DNA of 64,000 nt from Gammaproteobacteria bacterium (GCA_965222615.1 CBDCUI010000009.1:384001-448000), one strand, 5' to 3'; positions 16,609 through 28,768 are shown, counted from the first letter of the stretch. Notes: generated by a model from the sequence alone, not told the origin. Made by a program: numbers and translations.

Positions 16609-17865
16609 TTAGACTTGTAGCAATAAGCGATTTGGATCTTCTATGGTATTTTTTATATGCCCCAAGAATTGCACTGCTTCTTTGCCATCAATTGTGCGGT
16701 GATCATAGCTCAACGCAAGGTACATCATCGGTGCAATGACTACATCACCATTTTGCGCTATCGGTCGCGCTTGAATAGAGTGCATACCTAATATTGCACT
16801 TTGTGGAGGATTGATTATTGGAGTAGACATCATGGAACCAAAGACACCACCATTGGTGATCGTGAAAGTTCCCCCAGTGAGTTCTTCTATTGTTACTTTG
16901 TTTTCACGTGCGCGCGATACAAAGTCTCCAATTGTTTGTTCGATTCCAGCAAAGGATAGTCTTTCTGCATTTCGAATTACCGGCACGATTAAGCCACGCT
17001 CCGTACTTACTGCTATCCCTATATCAAAATAATCGTGATAGACAATATCTTCGCCTTCTACATATGCATTAATAACTGGAAATTCTTTTAGCGCTTCAAC
17101 CGCGGCTTTAATAAAGAAAGACATAAACCCTAACTTGACGCCATGGGCTTCTGCAAAGCCCTCTTTATATCGTTGTCTTAAATCAACGACATTTTGCATA
17201 TTGACTTCATTAAATGTCGTCAACATTGCACTTTCTTGTTGGGAGCTTACTAGACGTCTAGCAATACTTTTGCGTAAGCTCGTCATTGGTACACGTTTTT
17301 CTTCTCGAGTGCTTTCCGTAGCAAATTCCGGCATGCCCATTATTTCTGTTGAAGCATCGATTTCACTGATTGAACTAGGCTCTGATTCACTTATATAAGC
17401 TTCGATGTCTTGTTTAACAACACGACCCCCTTTACCGGAGCCTTGCACCTGATTGATATCTACATTGTTTTCAGCGGCCAGTTTTCTTACCGCAGGACTG
17501 GTTTTTGAGGTTACAGAGCTCGGCGCAACTTTCGCAGTTTCCATTTGCGCTACCTTAGCCAGCAGCGGCTCTGGACTATCATCTCGACCAGAAACAGATT
17601 CTGATTTAGCAGATTTGCTAGACTGTTTTGCCGTATCGATTACCGCGAGTGTTTCATTACTCTGTACTTGCTCATTTTTTTGTTTTGCGATGGATGCGAG
17701 TTCTCCAGTTTTCGGCGCAGTCACCTCTAAAATTACTTTATCGGTTTCAATATCTACAATTTGCTCACCTTCTTCAACAAACTCACCGGGTGCTTTCAAC
17801 CACTCACCTACCACAGCTTCTGTGATAGATTCTGCTAATTCCGGAACGGTTACCTCTACTTTCAT
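16609..17865 (-). CDS. sucB: 2-oxoglutarate dehydrogenase E2
   Basis: Lipoyl [14 protein letters not shown]3-binding domain, YDHR.IDG. Confidence 0.97.
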   Translation of the reverse strand: MKVEVTVPELAESITEAVVGEWLKAPGEFVEEGEQIVDIETDKVILEVTAPKTGELASIAKQKNEQVQSNETLAVIDTAKQSSKSAKSESVSGRDDSPEPLLAKVAQMETAKVAPSSVTSKTSPAVRKLAAENNVDINQVQGSGKGGRVVKQDIEAYISESEPSSISEIDASTEIMGMPEFATESTREEKRVPMTSLRKSIARRLVSSQQESAMLTTFNEVNMQNVVDLRQRYKEGFAEAHGVKLGFMSFFIKAAVEALKEFPVINAYVEGEDIVYHDYFDIGIAVSTERGLIVPVIRNAERLSFAGIEQTIGDFVSRARENKVTIEELTGGTFTITNGGVFGSMMSTPIINPPQSAILGMHSIQARPIAQNGDVVIAPMMYLALSYDHRTIDGKEAVQFLGHIKNTIEDPNRLLLQV

Positions 17866-17898
17866 GAAACTACCTCAAAGATGCCTGTGTATTAATTA

Positions 17899-20760
17899 TT
17901 AAACAGCACGTAGTGGCGGTCGTGAAGCTATTTCACGTAACCCCAATGCATCTTCTATTAAAGACTGCTGCTGTTCACGGTGAATGTGTAAAGATCCAGC
18001 AGCTGGTGATGCAGAGTAATTACGACCCGCATAATGCAGCTGATGATCATCACGCATACAGGCCTTAAGATTACGCCTTGATAGAATATAATTCCAGATA
18101 CCTTGATTACGAGGTTCTTCTTGCGTCCAGATAAGCTCACGTGCATTAGCATATTTATTTAAAATTTGCCTAACTTCATCTAATGGAAACGGATAGAGCT
18201 GCTCAATTCTAACAATTGCCGTTCTGGTAATTTTGTGCTCACGGCGCGCCCGTAATAATTCATAATAAATCTTACCAGCACAGAAAATTATCTTATTGAC
18301 TTCTGCGGGTTTAATCGGATCGACTTCATCAATTACGCAATTGAATCCACCATCAGTAAACTCAGATAGTTCAGATGCGGCATAAGGGTCGCGAAGAATA
18401 TTTTTTGGTGTCATCACAATCAGGGGTTTACGATAGGGACGCAGTATTTGCCTACGCAATAGATGGAATATTTGTGCAGGAGTACTCGGCATACACACTT
18501 GCATATTTTCTTCAGCACATAATTGCAAATAGCGCTCAAGTCTTGCTGATGAGTGTTCTGGGCCTTGGCCATCAAAGCCATGCGGTAATAACATGACCAA
18601 GCCACAGTAACGTTGCCACTTTACTTCAGACGAGCTTAGAAATTGATCGACATACATTTGTGCATTATTTGCAAAATCGCCAAACTGCGCCTCCCAAATT
18701 ACCAGAGTATTTGGCTCGGCAGTGCTGTATCCTACTTCATATCCCAATACTGCTTCTTCAGAAAGCAAAGAGTTAATTGGCAAAAACATAGGTTGTTTTT
18801 CGGAGATATGTTGTAAAGGAATATAGGCGTTACCACTTTCTTGGTCATAAAATGCTGCATGTCGATGGAAGAAAGTACCACGCACACTATCTTGTCCAGA
18901 TAGACGCACATCATAGCCCTCTTCCAATAACGACGCATAGGCAAGCGTTTCGCCAAAACCCCAATCGGCACCAATTTCACCAAGGCCCATCTTTTTACGT
19001 GCTTCAATAATTTTTTCAACGGTACGGTGTAAATTAAACTCTGTTGGTACTGTAGTTATTTTTTCAGTAAGATGTTTAATTCTTTCCGCACTGATACTTG
19101 TTTTTGCTTCCTCTCGCCAATGTGTACCTATAAATGGCTTGTAATCAACGATATGTTCTCTTTCAACATTTTTTGCAATTGGCCCACAAACCTGTTCTCC
19201 GCGTTTCAACTTATTTAAGTACTTGGTCTCTAGTGCTTTTACTCTTGGTGGGGTAATCGTTTTATTTCGAATAAGTCGATTTGCATAAACTTTTCGCACA
19301 CCTTCTTTGTGATGAATGCTCTGATACATTATAGGTTGTGTTACTGAAGGCTCATCAGCTTCATTATGGCCATGCTGCCGGTAGCAAATCATATCGATCA
19401 CTACATCGCGATTGAATTTCATACGAAAATCAACTGCCAATTTTGCTACAAAAACGGCAGCTTCAGGGTCATCACCATTCACATGAAAAATAGGTGCCTG
19501 CACCATTTTGGCAACATCCGTGCAGTACAAAGTAGACCTTGAGTCGAGTGGATCGCTAGTGGTAAAACCAATTTGGTTGTTGACGACAATATGTATGCTG
19601 CCACCTGTGGTGTATCCACGCGTCTTTGAAAGGTTTAAGGTTTCCATCACGACACCTTGCCCGGCAAATGCCGCGTCACCATGAATTAATAAAGGAATTA
19701 CGCCATCACGTTCAGCGTCATTACGACGTTCTTGTCGTGCACGTACAGAACCCTCAACCACAGGGTTAATGGCCTCTAAGTGGGATGGATTAAATGCCAA
19801 TACAGTATGTACTGGTCCATGTGGAGTTTTTAGGTCTGATGAAAAACCTTTGTGATATTTCACATCACCAGAACCGTTAACAGGATCGACAGTATCTTCA
19901 AACTCTTGGAATAGCTCTTCCGGGCTTTTGCCTAATATATTTACTAATACATTTAAACGGCCACGATGCGCCATACCCATAATGACTTCACTGACATGAT
20001 GTTTACCACAACGCAAAATAATTTCATCGATGATTGGAATTAAAGTTAAGCCACCTTCTAGAGAAAAACGTTTTTGCCCAACATATTTTTTATGTAAATA
20101 TACTTCTAACGATTTTGCCGCGATTAAAGTCTCCAAAATCGTGCGCTTACGCTTGTCAGACAAACCAGGGGATAGATAAAACTCCTCAAGTCTGCCTTGT
20201 ATCCACTCCTTTTGCTCTAAAGAGTTTATGTGTTTGTACTCAGTACCGATCGTGCCGCAATAGCTCACAGAAAGCATATTGAGAATTTCGCGTAACGGTG
20301 CTTTTTTGATTCCACCGATAGAACCCGTTTCAAACACAGTATCCATATCATCATGAGTTAAACCATGAAATTCAGGATTAAGCTCTGGGATATCAGGGCG
20401 TGCAGTTGCACTTAAAGGGTCAATATCCGCTTGTCGATGACCAAGGTATCGATAGGCACTGATTAAACGTATGACGCCAACTTGTTTACGGTTGGTTACT
20501 TTAGCATTTGAGGCTTGTATTGAACCTGTTGCACTACTGTGCACGGTTTTATGAATTTCTTGCCGTACTCCAGCATGGCTAAGGCCATTTGCAGGAGAAA
20601 ATTCGTCGGGTTTGAGTTTACTGAACGTCTCTTGCCAATACGCTGAGACAGAATTAGGATCGGCTCGATAAGCCTCAAAAAGAGCTTCTATATAAGCAAC
20701 GCTACTACTATTGAGTTTTTCACCCGTTAAAACTGAAAGCACATCTTTATCCATTTGCAT
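17899..20760 (-). CDS. sucA: 2-oxoglutarate dehydrogenase E1
   Basis: GMAHRGRLN, HGDAAFAGQG, EAQFGDF, GPEHSSAR. Confidence 0.97.
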   Translation of the reverse strand: MQMDKDVLSVLTGEKLNSSSVAYIEALFEAYRADPNSVSAYWQETFSKLKPDEFSPANGLSHAGVRQEIHKTVHSSATGSIQASNAKVTNRKQVGVIRLISAYRYLGHRQADIDPLSATARPDIPELNPEFHGLTHDDMDTVFETGSIGGIKKAPLREILNMLSVSYCGTIGTEYKHINSLEQKEWIQGRLEEFYLSPGLSDKRKRTILETLIAAKSLEVYLHKKYVGQKRFSLEGGLTLIPIIDEIILRCGKHHVSEVIMGMAHRGRLNVLVNILGKSPEELFQEFEDTVDPVNGSGDVKYHKGFSSDLKTPHGPVHTVLAFNPSHLEAINPVVEGSVRARQERRNDAERDGVIPLLIHGDAAFAGQGVVMETLNLSKTRGYTTGGSIHIVVNNQIGFTTSDPLDSRSTLYCTDVAKMVQAPIFHVNGDDPEAAVFVAKLAVDFRMKFNRDVVIDMICYRQHGHNEADEPSVTQPIMYQSIHHKEGVRKVYANRLIRNKTITPPRVKALETKYLNKLKRGEQVCGPIAKNVEREHIVDYKPFIGTHWREEAKTSISAERIKHLTEKITTVPTEFNLHRTVEKIIEARKKMGLGEIGADWGFGETLAYASLLEEGYDVRLSGQDSVRGTFFHRHAAFYDQESGNAYIPLQHISEKQPMFLPINSLLSEEAVLGYEVGYSTAEPNTLVIWEAQFGDFANNAQMYVDQFLSSSEVKWQRYCGLVMLLPHGFDGQGPEHSSARLERYLQLCAEENMQVCMPSTPAQIFHLLRRQILRPYRKPLIVMTPKNILRDPYAASELSEFTDGGFNCVIDEVDPIKPAEVNKIIFCAGKIYYELLRARREHKITRTAIVRIEQLYPFPLDEVRQILNKYANARELIWTQEEPRNQGIWNYILSRRNLKACMRDDHQLHYAGRNYSASPAAGSLHIHREQQQSLIEDALGLREIASRPPLRAV

Positions 20761-20839
20761 TTAAAAAGCTAGAAATTGATATATTTATAGACACTTTATA
20801 TAAAACAATAATTCCAAGCTTTAAGCAATCTTGCGCGTG

Positions 20840-21184
20840 TTACATGGTGTGTGTTGGTCTATCCGCTTGTAATGCACCTGCTAGCAATGTTTCAATCTTA
20901 TTACGTGTTTGGCCATTATCCTGTTTACTAAATTGCACCCCAATCCCTGCAGTTCGATTACCTTGAGCATTAGGTGGGGTAATCCATACAACATTACCTG
21001 CTACTGGAATACGCTCGGTTTCATCCATGAGTGATAGCAACATAAAGACTTCGTCACCAAGCTGATAGGATTTAGTTGTAGGAATGAATAAGCCACCATT
21101 TTTCACGAAGGGAATATAGGCCGCATAAAGCGAGCCTTTGTCCTTAATGGCAAGTGATAATATCCCTCTGCTGCCTTCTGCCAT
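20840..21184 (-). CDS. pilZ: Type IV pilus assembly protein PilZ
   Basis: LYAAYIPFVKNGGLFIPT...PTHTM; follows holB as in Pseudomonas/Xanthomonas. Confidence 0.93.
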   Translation of the reverse strand: MAEGSRGILSLAIKDKGSLYAAYIPFVKNGGLFIPTTKSYQLGDEVFMLLSLMDETERIPVAGNVVWITPPNAQGNRTAGIGVQFSKQDNGQTRNKIETLLAGALQADRPTHTM

Positions 21185-21205
21185 GACTTCAAATTATTAT
21201 GTCAG

Positions 21206-22177
21206 TTAAACGAGGACTTCCTGACAGCCGATAAGCATCTCTTCGATAAATAGGCGCTTATTCAATGGGGCCTTAGAAAGTCGATGTAATTCAATGAGTT
21301 TGTCTAAATACTGAAATAAGGACTGTAAGTCTACTCGACCCACTAAACTATGCAAGGCCCGACGAATGTCGGGGTTTTCGAGAGTCACCGGCCCTTTTTG
21401 GTAGTGACAACGAATCAAGTCCGCACACCATGCTTGCTGCCACAAGACCAGCTGCTCGAGCTCCTCGTTCTGCAGCTTAGCTGATAGTTTGGTCACCTTT
21501 TCTTTATGCAACATAAGCTGCTCAAGCTGATGATAAAATGTTGCGCGGGCTTCTCCTAAACCTGTCTCATGTAGTTCTAAAGCTAACAAAGGTCTGCCTC
21601 CTGAAGCAGATAGCAACGTATCCCAATCCATTTTTTTATTGTGCGATTGTAACCATGTTATAGATTGATCCTCATCTGGGATTTTAAATTTCCATATCTG
21701 GCAACGGCTCCTTATTGTGGCTAATAATCTGTTTGCATGGTGACTAATTAAAAATAATATTGAATCTTCTGGAGGTTCTTCTAAAGTTTTTAGCAAGGCA
21801 TTTGCAGCATTTACATTCATATGATCCGCACAATTTATACAAGCAATTTTATACGTTCCACACTGGCGACTTAACACCATGAAGTTATTGATTTCACGTA
21901 TATCATCGACCTTAATTTGGTCTGTTAATTCATCGACATTAATCATACGAACGTCTGGATGCGTTCTTGCTTGAAATAAATGACAGTTATTACATTTACC
22001 ACATGCATAATTTTTAACACTCGGCTGAGTACAGTTCATTCTCTGTATTAGGGATAGGCAAAATTCAAGCTTGCCTATTGATGATGGCCCAGTAATTAAA
22101 ACGGCATGCGCTAGACGCAAACTATCTAGGTAATTTAATGACCGCTGCCACTGCTGCTCTTGCCAAGGATAAATCAT
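21206..22177 (-). CDS. holB: DNA polymerase III delta' subunit
   Basis: YPWQ, CGKCNNC, HPD, ANALLKTLEEP, TIRSRC. Confidence 0.95.
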   Translation of the reverse strand: MIYPWQEQQWQRSLNYLDSLRLAHAVLITGPSSIGKLEFCLSLIQRMNCTQPSVKNYACGKCNNCHLFQARTHPDVRMINVDELTDQIKVDDIREINNFMVLSRQCGTYKIACINCADHMNVNAANALLKTLEEPPEDSILFLISHHANRLLATIRSRCQIWKFKIPDEDQSITWLQSHNKKMDWDTLLSASGGRPLLALELHETGLGEARATFYHQLEQLMLHKEKVTKLSAKLQNEELEQLVLWQQAWCADLIRCHYQKGPVTLENPDIRRALHSLVGRVDLQSLFQYLDKLIELHRLSKAPLNKRLFIEEMLIGCQEVLV

Positions 22178-22206
22178 GAAGTATCTTTCTACATCATAGT
22201 TAATAG

Positions 22207-22863
22207 CTATACCAATAATTGCGGGAACTTGCTCGCTACGATTTTTTCTATTTCTGCTGCTACTTCTTCAACATTTTGACTCGCATCAATCACTACAATC
22301 CGTTCAGGATTATCATTTGCCAAACGCAAATAAAATTGTTGAACACGCTCAAAAAATGCAAGTTTTTCTTTTTCAAAACGATCTTTACTGCCACGCTTAT
22401 TAACTCGCTCCATAGCTAATTTTAAATCGCAGACAAGTAAAATTGTTAAATCGGGTTTAAAATTACCTTGCACTACAGTTTCAACTGCGCGTATTTCCGA
22501 AAGCGCCAAGCCTCTCCCCCCACCTTGATAAGCATAACTTGCATCCGCAAATCGATCACACAATACCCAAGTGTTGCTCTGCAAAGCTGGATAAATTACT
22601 TCTTCTAAGTGCTGAGCACGAGCCGCAAACATCAACAATAGTTCTGTATTGCTATCAATCTGAGTAGTTTTTTTATCAAGTAGAAGTTTTCGAATACCTT
22701 CACCTACTTTAGTTCCACCTGGCTCACGTGTCACTAGAGTGTTAATTTTCTTTGTATGCAGAAATTTTTCTAATAACTTTATTTGAGTAGTCTTGCCGAC
22801 ACCTTCTGTACCTTCAAAAGTAATAAACTTACTTTGATACATTTCCTTAGTATCTGTGCTCAT
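22207..22863 (-). CDS. tmk: Thymidylate kinase
   Basis: FEGTEGVGKTT, TREPGG, CDRF..ASYAYQG. Confidence 0.96.
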   Translation of the reverse strand: MSTDTKEMYQSKFITFEGTEGVGKTTQIKLLEKFLHTKKINTLVTREPGGTKVGEGIRKLLLDKKTTQIDSNTELLLMFAARAQHLEEVIYPALQSNTWVLCDRFADASYAYQGGGRGLALSEIRAVETVVQGNFKPDLTILLVCDLKLAMERVNKRGSKDRFEKEKLAFFERVQQFYLRLANDNPERIVVIDASQNVEEVAAEIEKIVASKFPQLLV

Positions 22864-22883
22864 CTCGAAATACTTTTTAATTA

Positions 22884-23897
22884 TTATTCATCAGCTTTGT
22901 ACTTACTTCTGTTTCCATCAAGTTGATACTTGATCACTGCTTCACGGTGCTCTTCATAGGTTGTAGAGAAGTGGTGTGTGCCATCACCTTTGGAGACAAA
23001 ATATAGCACTTCGGTATCTGCTGGACTTAAAGCAGCGACGATCGACGCTCGACTCGGTAAAGCAATAGGGGTTGGCGGCAAACCTTTATGGACATAAGTA
23101 TTGTAAGGAGTATCTGCTTTTAAGTCTTGTCGCCGTATATTGCCATCGTAAGATTCTCCAATACCATAAATAACAGTTGGATCAGTTTGCAAACGCATAC
23201 CTCGCTTTAATCTTGATGTAAAAACTGCAGCCACCATGGTCCGTTCGTCTTCAACACTAGTTTCTTTTTCAATAATAGAGGCAAGCGTTAGTGCCTCTTC
23301 TGGTGAATTAAGTGGAATATCTTCTTGTCTTTTAGGCCATTCCTCATCTAAAATTTTTTGCATATGCTGAAAAGCACGCTTGAAAAATTCCACGTCCGTA
23401 GTACCAGCCGGGAAGTGATAAGTATCTGGATAAAACCAACCTTCAGGATGCCGGTTATCAAAATCAAGCTTATCTAATAATTCTTCGGGTGTATTAACTG
23501 TGTGAGTTATTTTTTCATGTTGTTTTACTGCATCCCATAGTTGTTTAAAAGTCCATCCCTCGATTACAGTAAGCGCGAATTGAATTGTCTCTCCCTTGGT
23601 TAATTTGCGTAGGAGTTGCAAAGGAGTTAAATTTGTAGATAAGGCATACTCACCTGTTTTAATATCACTAGTCGTTCCACTCAATCGTCCATATATCTCC
23701 CAAGGTAATAATTCTTTAATCAATCCTTTTTCACTTAATTGTTGGCTTACCTCTTTAAAGCTCATGCCTGAAGTAATGGTTATCTGCACCTCTTCCTCCA
23801 GATTAGAAAGTGGTTTATTTACATAGTCTTTAAAATAGATAGATAGCAGCGTGATTGCTATTGATATCGCAATAATGAGTGCGCTTAACTTACGCAT
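22884..23897 (-). CDS. mltG: Endolytic transglycosylase MltG
   Basis: LASIIEKET, LQTDPT, PYNTY..GLPPTPI. Confidence 0.96.
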   Translation of the reverse strand: MRKLSALIIAISIAITLLSIYFKDYVNKPLSNLEEEVQITITSGMSFKEVSQQLSEKGLIKELLPWEIYGRLSGTTSDIKTGEYALSTNLTPLQLLRKLTKGETIQFALTVIEGWTFKQLWDAVKQHEKITHTVNTPEELLDKLDFDNRHPEGWFYPDTYHFPAGTTDVEFFKRAFQHMQKILDEEWPKRQEDIPLNSPEEALTLASIIEKETSVEDERTMVAAVFTSRLKRGMRLQTDPTVIYGIGESYDGNIRRQDLKADTPYNTYVHKGLPPTPIALPSRASIVAALSPADTEVLYFVSKGDGTHHFSTTYEEHREAVIKYQLDGNRSKYKADE

Positions 23898-23938
23898 GAC
23901 AGATATGCACCAAATCCAATTAAGGAAGCTCTGATTTA

Positions 23939-24748
23939 TTAAGTGTTAAAGACAGACATTAGTCCTTGAATTATAGCCGTTTTTGACAATGACAGGTCGT
24001 GCAATCTATATACAGGCCAGATGCCGATAATACTGTTACAAACAAACATTCCTTGAATTGTTTGTAATTCATCCACTGCAAAATCTTTAATTTTCAGCTG
24101 TAGATCATTTGTATTGCAGTATTCAATTACTTTACCTCGCATAACCCCTGCAACCCCACATTTTTCAAGACTGGGGGTAATGAGCTCATCTCCAATTTGA
24201 AAAAACACATTACTCGATGTGGCCTCAATAACTTGATCATATATATCGCATACTAATCCTTCTTGGTATTCATCTTTCCATTCACTACGCGCTAGGACTT
24301 GTTCCAATCGATTTAGATGCTTTATCTGTGCAAGCTCAGGCTGATGCGCTAAGCGAAAGTTGCACATGGTTACCTCTATACCAATATCTAAATACTTTTG
24401 TGGAAATTCAGGCCAGGGAAATTTTTGAATGACGCGAGTTAATGAAGTTTGTGTTGGTCTATAGCCTCTTTCACCTACACCACGTGTAATGATAATTTTT
24501 ATTATGCACTGTTCATCATTATCGATTAACTCGTCAAGCTCAGACTTTAGTAGCGAAGTATTTAAACCCGAAAGTTTTAATTTCTCACAACCAAACTTAA
24601 GACGTTTAAGGTGTTCATGCCAAAATTGTGGCTGGCCTTGTTTAATGGCAATAGTTTCAAAAACACCATCACCATATAACAACCCACGATCGAGACTAGA
24701 AATATAATTGCCAGACTCGCCATTAATGATGACTTCAGGGTTTTGCAT
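23939..24748 (-). CDS. pabC: Aminodeoxychorismate lyase
   Basis: DRGLLYGDGVFET, IKHLNRLEQVL. Confidence 0.94.
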   Translation of the reverse strand: MQNPEVIINGESGNYISSLDRGLLYGDGVFETIAIKQGQPQFWHEHLKRLKFGCEKLKLSGLNTSLLKSELDELIDNDEQCIIKIIITRGVGERGYRPTQTSLTRVIQKFPWPEFPQKYLDIGIEVTMCNFRLAHQPELAQIKHLNRLEQVLARSEWKDEYQEGLVCDIYDQVIEATSSNVFFQIGDELITPSLEKCGVAGVMRGKVIEYCNTNDLQLKIKDFAVDELQTIQGMFVCNSIIGIWPVYRLHDLSLSKTAIIQGLMSVFNT

Positions 24749-24794
24749 ATCAATGCGGATAGCTTTGAAATGATACCAAGCTTGCTAAAACTCG

Positions 24795-24935
24795 AATCTG
24801 ACTCAAAATAGTAGATAATCAGCTAAGACAAGGCACAAAGTTTTCGAAAAGCGGAGTTTACATGCGAGTAAATGAGCATTTGAGAAAACTTTGTAACGCA
24901 GTATTAGATGATTAGATGCATTTTGAGCTTAGATT
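24795..24935 (-). repeat. Dispersed palindromic element, copy B
   Basis: Minus: ctcaaaatGCATCT..CGTT acaaagttttc..TGCTCATTTAC..GTAAACTCCGC..gaaaactttgt GCCTTG..TCTACtattttgag. Confidence 0.88.
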
Positions 24936-26170
24936 TTTTTGAAGACAACCGTGCCATTCGTTCCCCCAAACCCAAACGAATTAGACAAGGCAACATTCAC
25001 CTGTGCGTCACGTGCCTCGTTGGGCACATAATCGAGATCACAGTTGGGATCTGGCGTATCGTAATTGATCGTCGGAGGTAAGACATTATTGTAAAGGGCC
25101 AATACAGTAAACAAAGCCTCTACACCACCTGCCGCACCAAGCAAATGTCCTGTCATGGACTTAGTAGAACTAACGGCTACATCTTTAGCATAATCACCAA
25201 AGGTAAATTTTATGCCTTCTGTTTCGGCAACATCTCCCGCAGGGGTTGAAGTGCCATGAGCATTAATGTAGTTCACTTCGTTAGTATTTAATCCGGCATC
25301 GGCTAAGGCATTAAGCATGCACTTTGCACCACCACGACCTCCTTCGGCAGGCGAAGTCATATGATAGGCATCACTGCTCATACCATATCCCACGAGTTCA
25401 CAATACATCTTTGCCGAGCGTGCCTTAGCCATCTCGTATTCTTCTAACACTAATACACCGGCGCCATCTCCCAGTACAAATCCATCGCGATTTAAATCAA
25501 AGGGCCTGCTAGCCGCTTCCGGATCATCATTATGTGATGCGCTCAAGGCTCTGGCAGCAGAAAACCCACCAATTCCAAGTGGACAAGTTGCCATTTCTGC
25601 TCCACCTGCCAGCATGATATCTGCATCACCATACATAATCATTCTGGCGGCATCGCCAATGTTATGTGTGCCTGTTGTGCAGGCCGATACGATAGAAATA
25701 TTCGGGCCCCGATATCCATACATAATGGATAAATTACCTGACACCATGTTGATGATATTGCTAGGAACAAAAAATGGTGAAATCTTTTTGGGCCCACCTT
25801 TTAAATAAGCTTCGTTACTTTTTTCAATCCCTGGTAAACCGCCGATGCCACTGCCAATCGCCACCCCGATACGATCGGCATTTTCTTCCGTTACTTCAAA
25901 ACCGGAATCATTGATGGCTTGTACACCTGCACCAATGCCAAAATGAATAAAAGGATCCATCTTGCGTTGATCCTTTTTAGACAAATAATCATCGGCATTG
26001 AAATCTCGTGTTTGCCCTGCAATCTGTACAGAAAATTCACTCGCATCAAAACAATCGATTTTAGAGATACCACTATTCCCCGCAGTGATATTCGCCCATG
26101 CTTTATCAAGGCTTGATCCTACGGGGGAGACTATCCCCATACCGGTAACTACAACACGTCGCCGTGACAC
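24929..26170 (-). CDS. fabF: Beta-ketoacyl-ACP synthase II
   Basis: [29 protein letters not shown]. Confidence 0.97.
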   Translation of the reverse strand: MSRRRVVVTGMGIVSPVGSSLDKAWANITAGNSGISKIDCFDASEFSVQIAGQTRDFNADDYLSKKDQRKMDPFIHFGIGAGVQAINDSGFEVTEENADRIGVAIGSGIGGLPGIEKSNEAYLKGGPKKISPFFVPSNIINMVSGNLSIMYGYRGPNISIVSACTTGTHNIGDAARMIMYGDADIMLAGGAEMATCPLGIGGFSAARALSASHNDDPEAASRPFDLNRDGFVLGDGAGVLVLEEYEMAKARSAKMYCELVGYGMSSDAYHMTSPAEGGRGGAKCMLNALADAGLNTNEVNYINAHGTSTPAGDVAETEGIKFTFGDYAKDVAVSSTKSMTGHLLGAAGGVEALFTVLALYNNVLPPTINYDTPDPNCDLDYVPNEARDAQVNVALSNSFGFGGTNGTVVFKKI

Positions 26171-26265
26171 AATATCCGCTCTAATTTTAGTATAAAGTTA
26201 TCCTGTGAACTGAATAGCACGGTAGTTGCAGAAGCGTTGGCTACTCATGTTAAGAACACTAACAA

Positions 26266-26499
26266 TTACTGATGTTTGTTTACGTAATCCATAGCTTGTT
26301 TTACAGTAGTAATTTTCTCGGCTTCTTCATCAGGAATTTCACATTCAAATTCCTCTTCCAACGCCATCACTAGTTCTACTGTATCTAAAGAGTCTGCACC
26401 TAGGTCATCGACAAATGATGCCTCTTCCGAGACTTCATCTTCACTTACTCCTAACTGCTCAACAATGATCTTTTTTACTCTCTCTTCGATGCTGCTCAT
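26266..26499 (-). CDS. acpP: Acyl carrier protein
   Basis: [14 protein letters not shown]; start [10 protein letters not shown]. Confidence 0.97.
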   Translation of the reverse strand: MSSIEERVKKIIVEQLGVSEDEVSEEASFVDDLGADSLDTVELVMALEEEFECEIPDEEAEKITTVKQAMDYVNKHQ

Positions 26500-26711
26500 A
26501 TAAGTTGCTTCCTCTTTGCAAAATTTTTTTACCGACCCAAACTGGGCAGGGCCGATATTGTATTGAAAAGGTAACCACCATGCCATCATTAACGATTGAC
26601 ATAATGCCTAACTAAAAGCTAATTTTTCTACAAAATATTTTACGATTTTACTTAAATTACATGCGGTTACATAAACTATCTCAAATGGCTCTAGAATCTA
26701 TTTAACATATT

Positions 26712-27449
26712 CTAGGCCATATATAGGCCGCCATTCACATGAATGGTTTCGCCTGTTATATAGCTGGCTTCTTCAGAAGCCAGAAAGCGTACGGTATGTG
26801 CGATGTCCTGGGCACTGCCCATCCGACCAATAGGAATCTGATTAAGCAGTGCATCTTGTTGTTCTGCATTTAAATCTGCCGTCATATCCGTTTCTATAAA
26901 CCCTGGTGCTATTGCATTGACGGTAATGCCGCGTGACGCGACCTCTTGAGCCAGTGATTTTGTAAAACCAATAATGCCGGCTTTGGCAGCAGTATAATTT
27001 GTTTGCCCTGGATTACCCGAAGCGGCAACCACAGAAGTAATATTAATAATTCGACCTGAACGAGCTTTCATCATGTCACGAAGACATGCTTTAGAAAGTC
27101 GATAAATAGAAGATAAGTTGGTATTGATGACATCTAGCCACTCTTCTTCTTTCATCCGCATAAGTAAATTATCTTTAGTGATGCCTGCATTGTTTACTAA
27201 TATAGTTGGTGCTGGATAATACTTTTTTATTTCTTCGAACAATGTCTTAATAGATTCGTTGTCCGTGACATCTAGAACTAAACCTCTACCCACCATTTTG
27301 GATAAATCTAATTCAGTTTGAATAATATCCGCCCCTTGTTGAGAAGTTGCGGTTCCTATTACAGTTGAACCCTGTTCTGCTAACTCATGTAAAATAGCTT
27401 TACCAATTCCACGGCTAGCACCCGTGACTAATGCAACTCGATTGTCCAT
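26712..27449 (-). CDS. fabG: 3-oxoacyl-ACP reductase
   Basis: TGASRGIG, NNAG, YTAAK. Confidence 0.96.
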   Translation of the reverse strand: MDNRVALVTGASRGIGKAILHELAEQGSTVIGTATSQQGADIIQTELDLSKMVGRGLVLDVTDNESIKTLFEEIKKYYPAPTILVNNAGITKDNLLMRMKEEEWLDVINTNLSSIYRLSKACLRDMMKARSGRIINITSVVAASGNPGQTNYTAAKAGIIGFTKSLAQEVASRGITVNAIAPGFIETDMTADLNAEQQDALLNQIPIGRMGSAQDIAHTVRFLASEEASYITGETIHVNGGLYMA

Positions 27450-27451
27450 TG

Positions 27452-28408
27452 CTACTCAACTACATCATGTAAAAGTTTTTGTATTTGTTCTAATGTTTGC
27501 TCTAAACTTTTTGGGTCATGCACAGCATAACATGGAACTTTACGATCAATTCGTTTGCTAAGACCGGTTAACACCTTTCCTGGTCCCAGTTCGATAAATG
27601 CATTTACACCATCTGCAACCATATGTTGAATGGTTTCAACCCATCGTACCGGATTAAATAATTGCCTATACAGTGCATCTTTAATATCTGACACATTTGT
27701 ATAGGCCTGTACATCAACATTCTGAATTACGTCTATCTGTGGCGAATGCATAGACATATCGTTTAAATAGGCTTGCAGTTTTTCTGCAGCAGGCTGCATT
27801 AAGCTGCTATGTGAAGGAACACTAAGTGGCAAAATCAAAGCACGCTTAGCGCCTGCGGCTTTTGCTAATTCTACTGCTCGGTCTACGGCCTCTGAATTTC
27901 CTGCAATTACGGTCTGTCCCGGCGCATTATAATTAACTGCCTGTACAACTTGCTCTTGTGAAGCTTGTGCGCAAACTTCTGCTAATTGCTGATTATCGAG
28001 ACCCAGTACTGCAGCCATTGCGCCTTGTCCTTCAGGAACTGCTTGTTGCATGACTTGGCCACGATACTTAGCCAGCGGTAATGCAGTGGTAAAATCCAGC
28101 GCACCTGCACAAACCAATGCCGTATATTCCCCAAAGCTATGCCCTGCCATACAGGTAGGCGTAGCCTCAAATTGCTGTTGCCAAATTCTCCAAGTAGCGA
28201 TACTGGCACAAAGCATAATCGGCTGTGTGTTTTCAGTTCGATTTAATTCCTGCTCAGGTCCATCAGTAACTAAATCCCACAAATTTTGACCCAGAACTTC
28301 AGAGCCTTGTTCAAAAGTTTGCTTAACTTCCGGGTATGTGGCCGCTAAATCCACCATCATGCCTAAGGATTGTGAACCTTGTCCGGGAAATATATATGCA
28401 AATGCCAT
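27452..28408 (-). CDS. fabD: Malonyl-CoA:ACP transacylase
   Basis: FPGQGSQ, GHSFGE, SVPSH. Confidence 0.96.
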   Translation of the reverse strand: MAFAYIFPGQGSQSLGMMVDLAATYPEVKQTFEQGSEVLGQNLWDLVTDGPEQELNRTENTQPIMLCASIATWRIWQQQFEATPTCMAGHSFGEYTALVCAGALDFTTALPLAKYRGQVMQQAVPEGQGAMAAVLGLDNQQLAEVCAQASQEQVVQAVNYNAPGQTVIAGNSEAVDRAVELAKAAGAKRALILPLSVPSHSSLMQPAAEKLQAYLNDMSMHSPQIDVIQNVDVQAYTNVSDIKDALYRQLFNPVRWVETIQHMVADGVNAFIELGPGKVLTGLSKRIDRKVPCYAVHDPKSLEQTLEQIQKLLHDVVE

Positions 28409-28526
28409 GAAAAAATTGTCTAAGAGATGAACAGGTGCTCTACATTGTACTAATAATTCAAATCCCTTGTTTTATTTTTTTGTTCAATGATAATGAGCGC
28501 CGTCTTAAATATATATAAGGAGCATT

Positions 28527-28745
28527 ATGCCTAAAGAAGATCATATTGAAATGGAAGGTACAGTTATAGAAACCTTACCCAATACACAATTTCGTGTTGA
28601 GCTGGAAAACGGTCACGTAGTACTCGCGCACATTTCTGGACGCATGCGCAAGCATTACATCAAGATTTTAACCGGGGATAAGGTCACGGTTGAAATGACC
28701 CCATATGACTTGTCCAAAGGAAGAATTACCTACCGAGGCAAATGA
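28527..28745 (+). CDS. infA: Translation initiation factor IF-1
   Basis: [25 protein letters not shown]. Confidence 0.97.
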   Translation: MPKEDHIEMEGTVIETLPNTQFRVELENGHVVLAHISGRMRKHYIKILTGDKVTVEMTPYDLSKGRITYRGK

Positions 28746-28768
28746 CCCAAGTCAAATATAAAGAACTG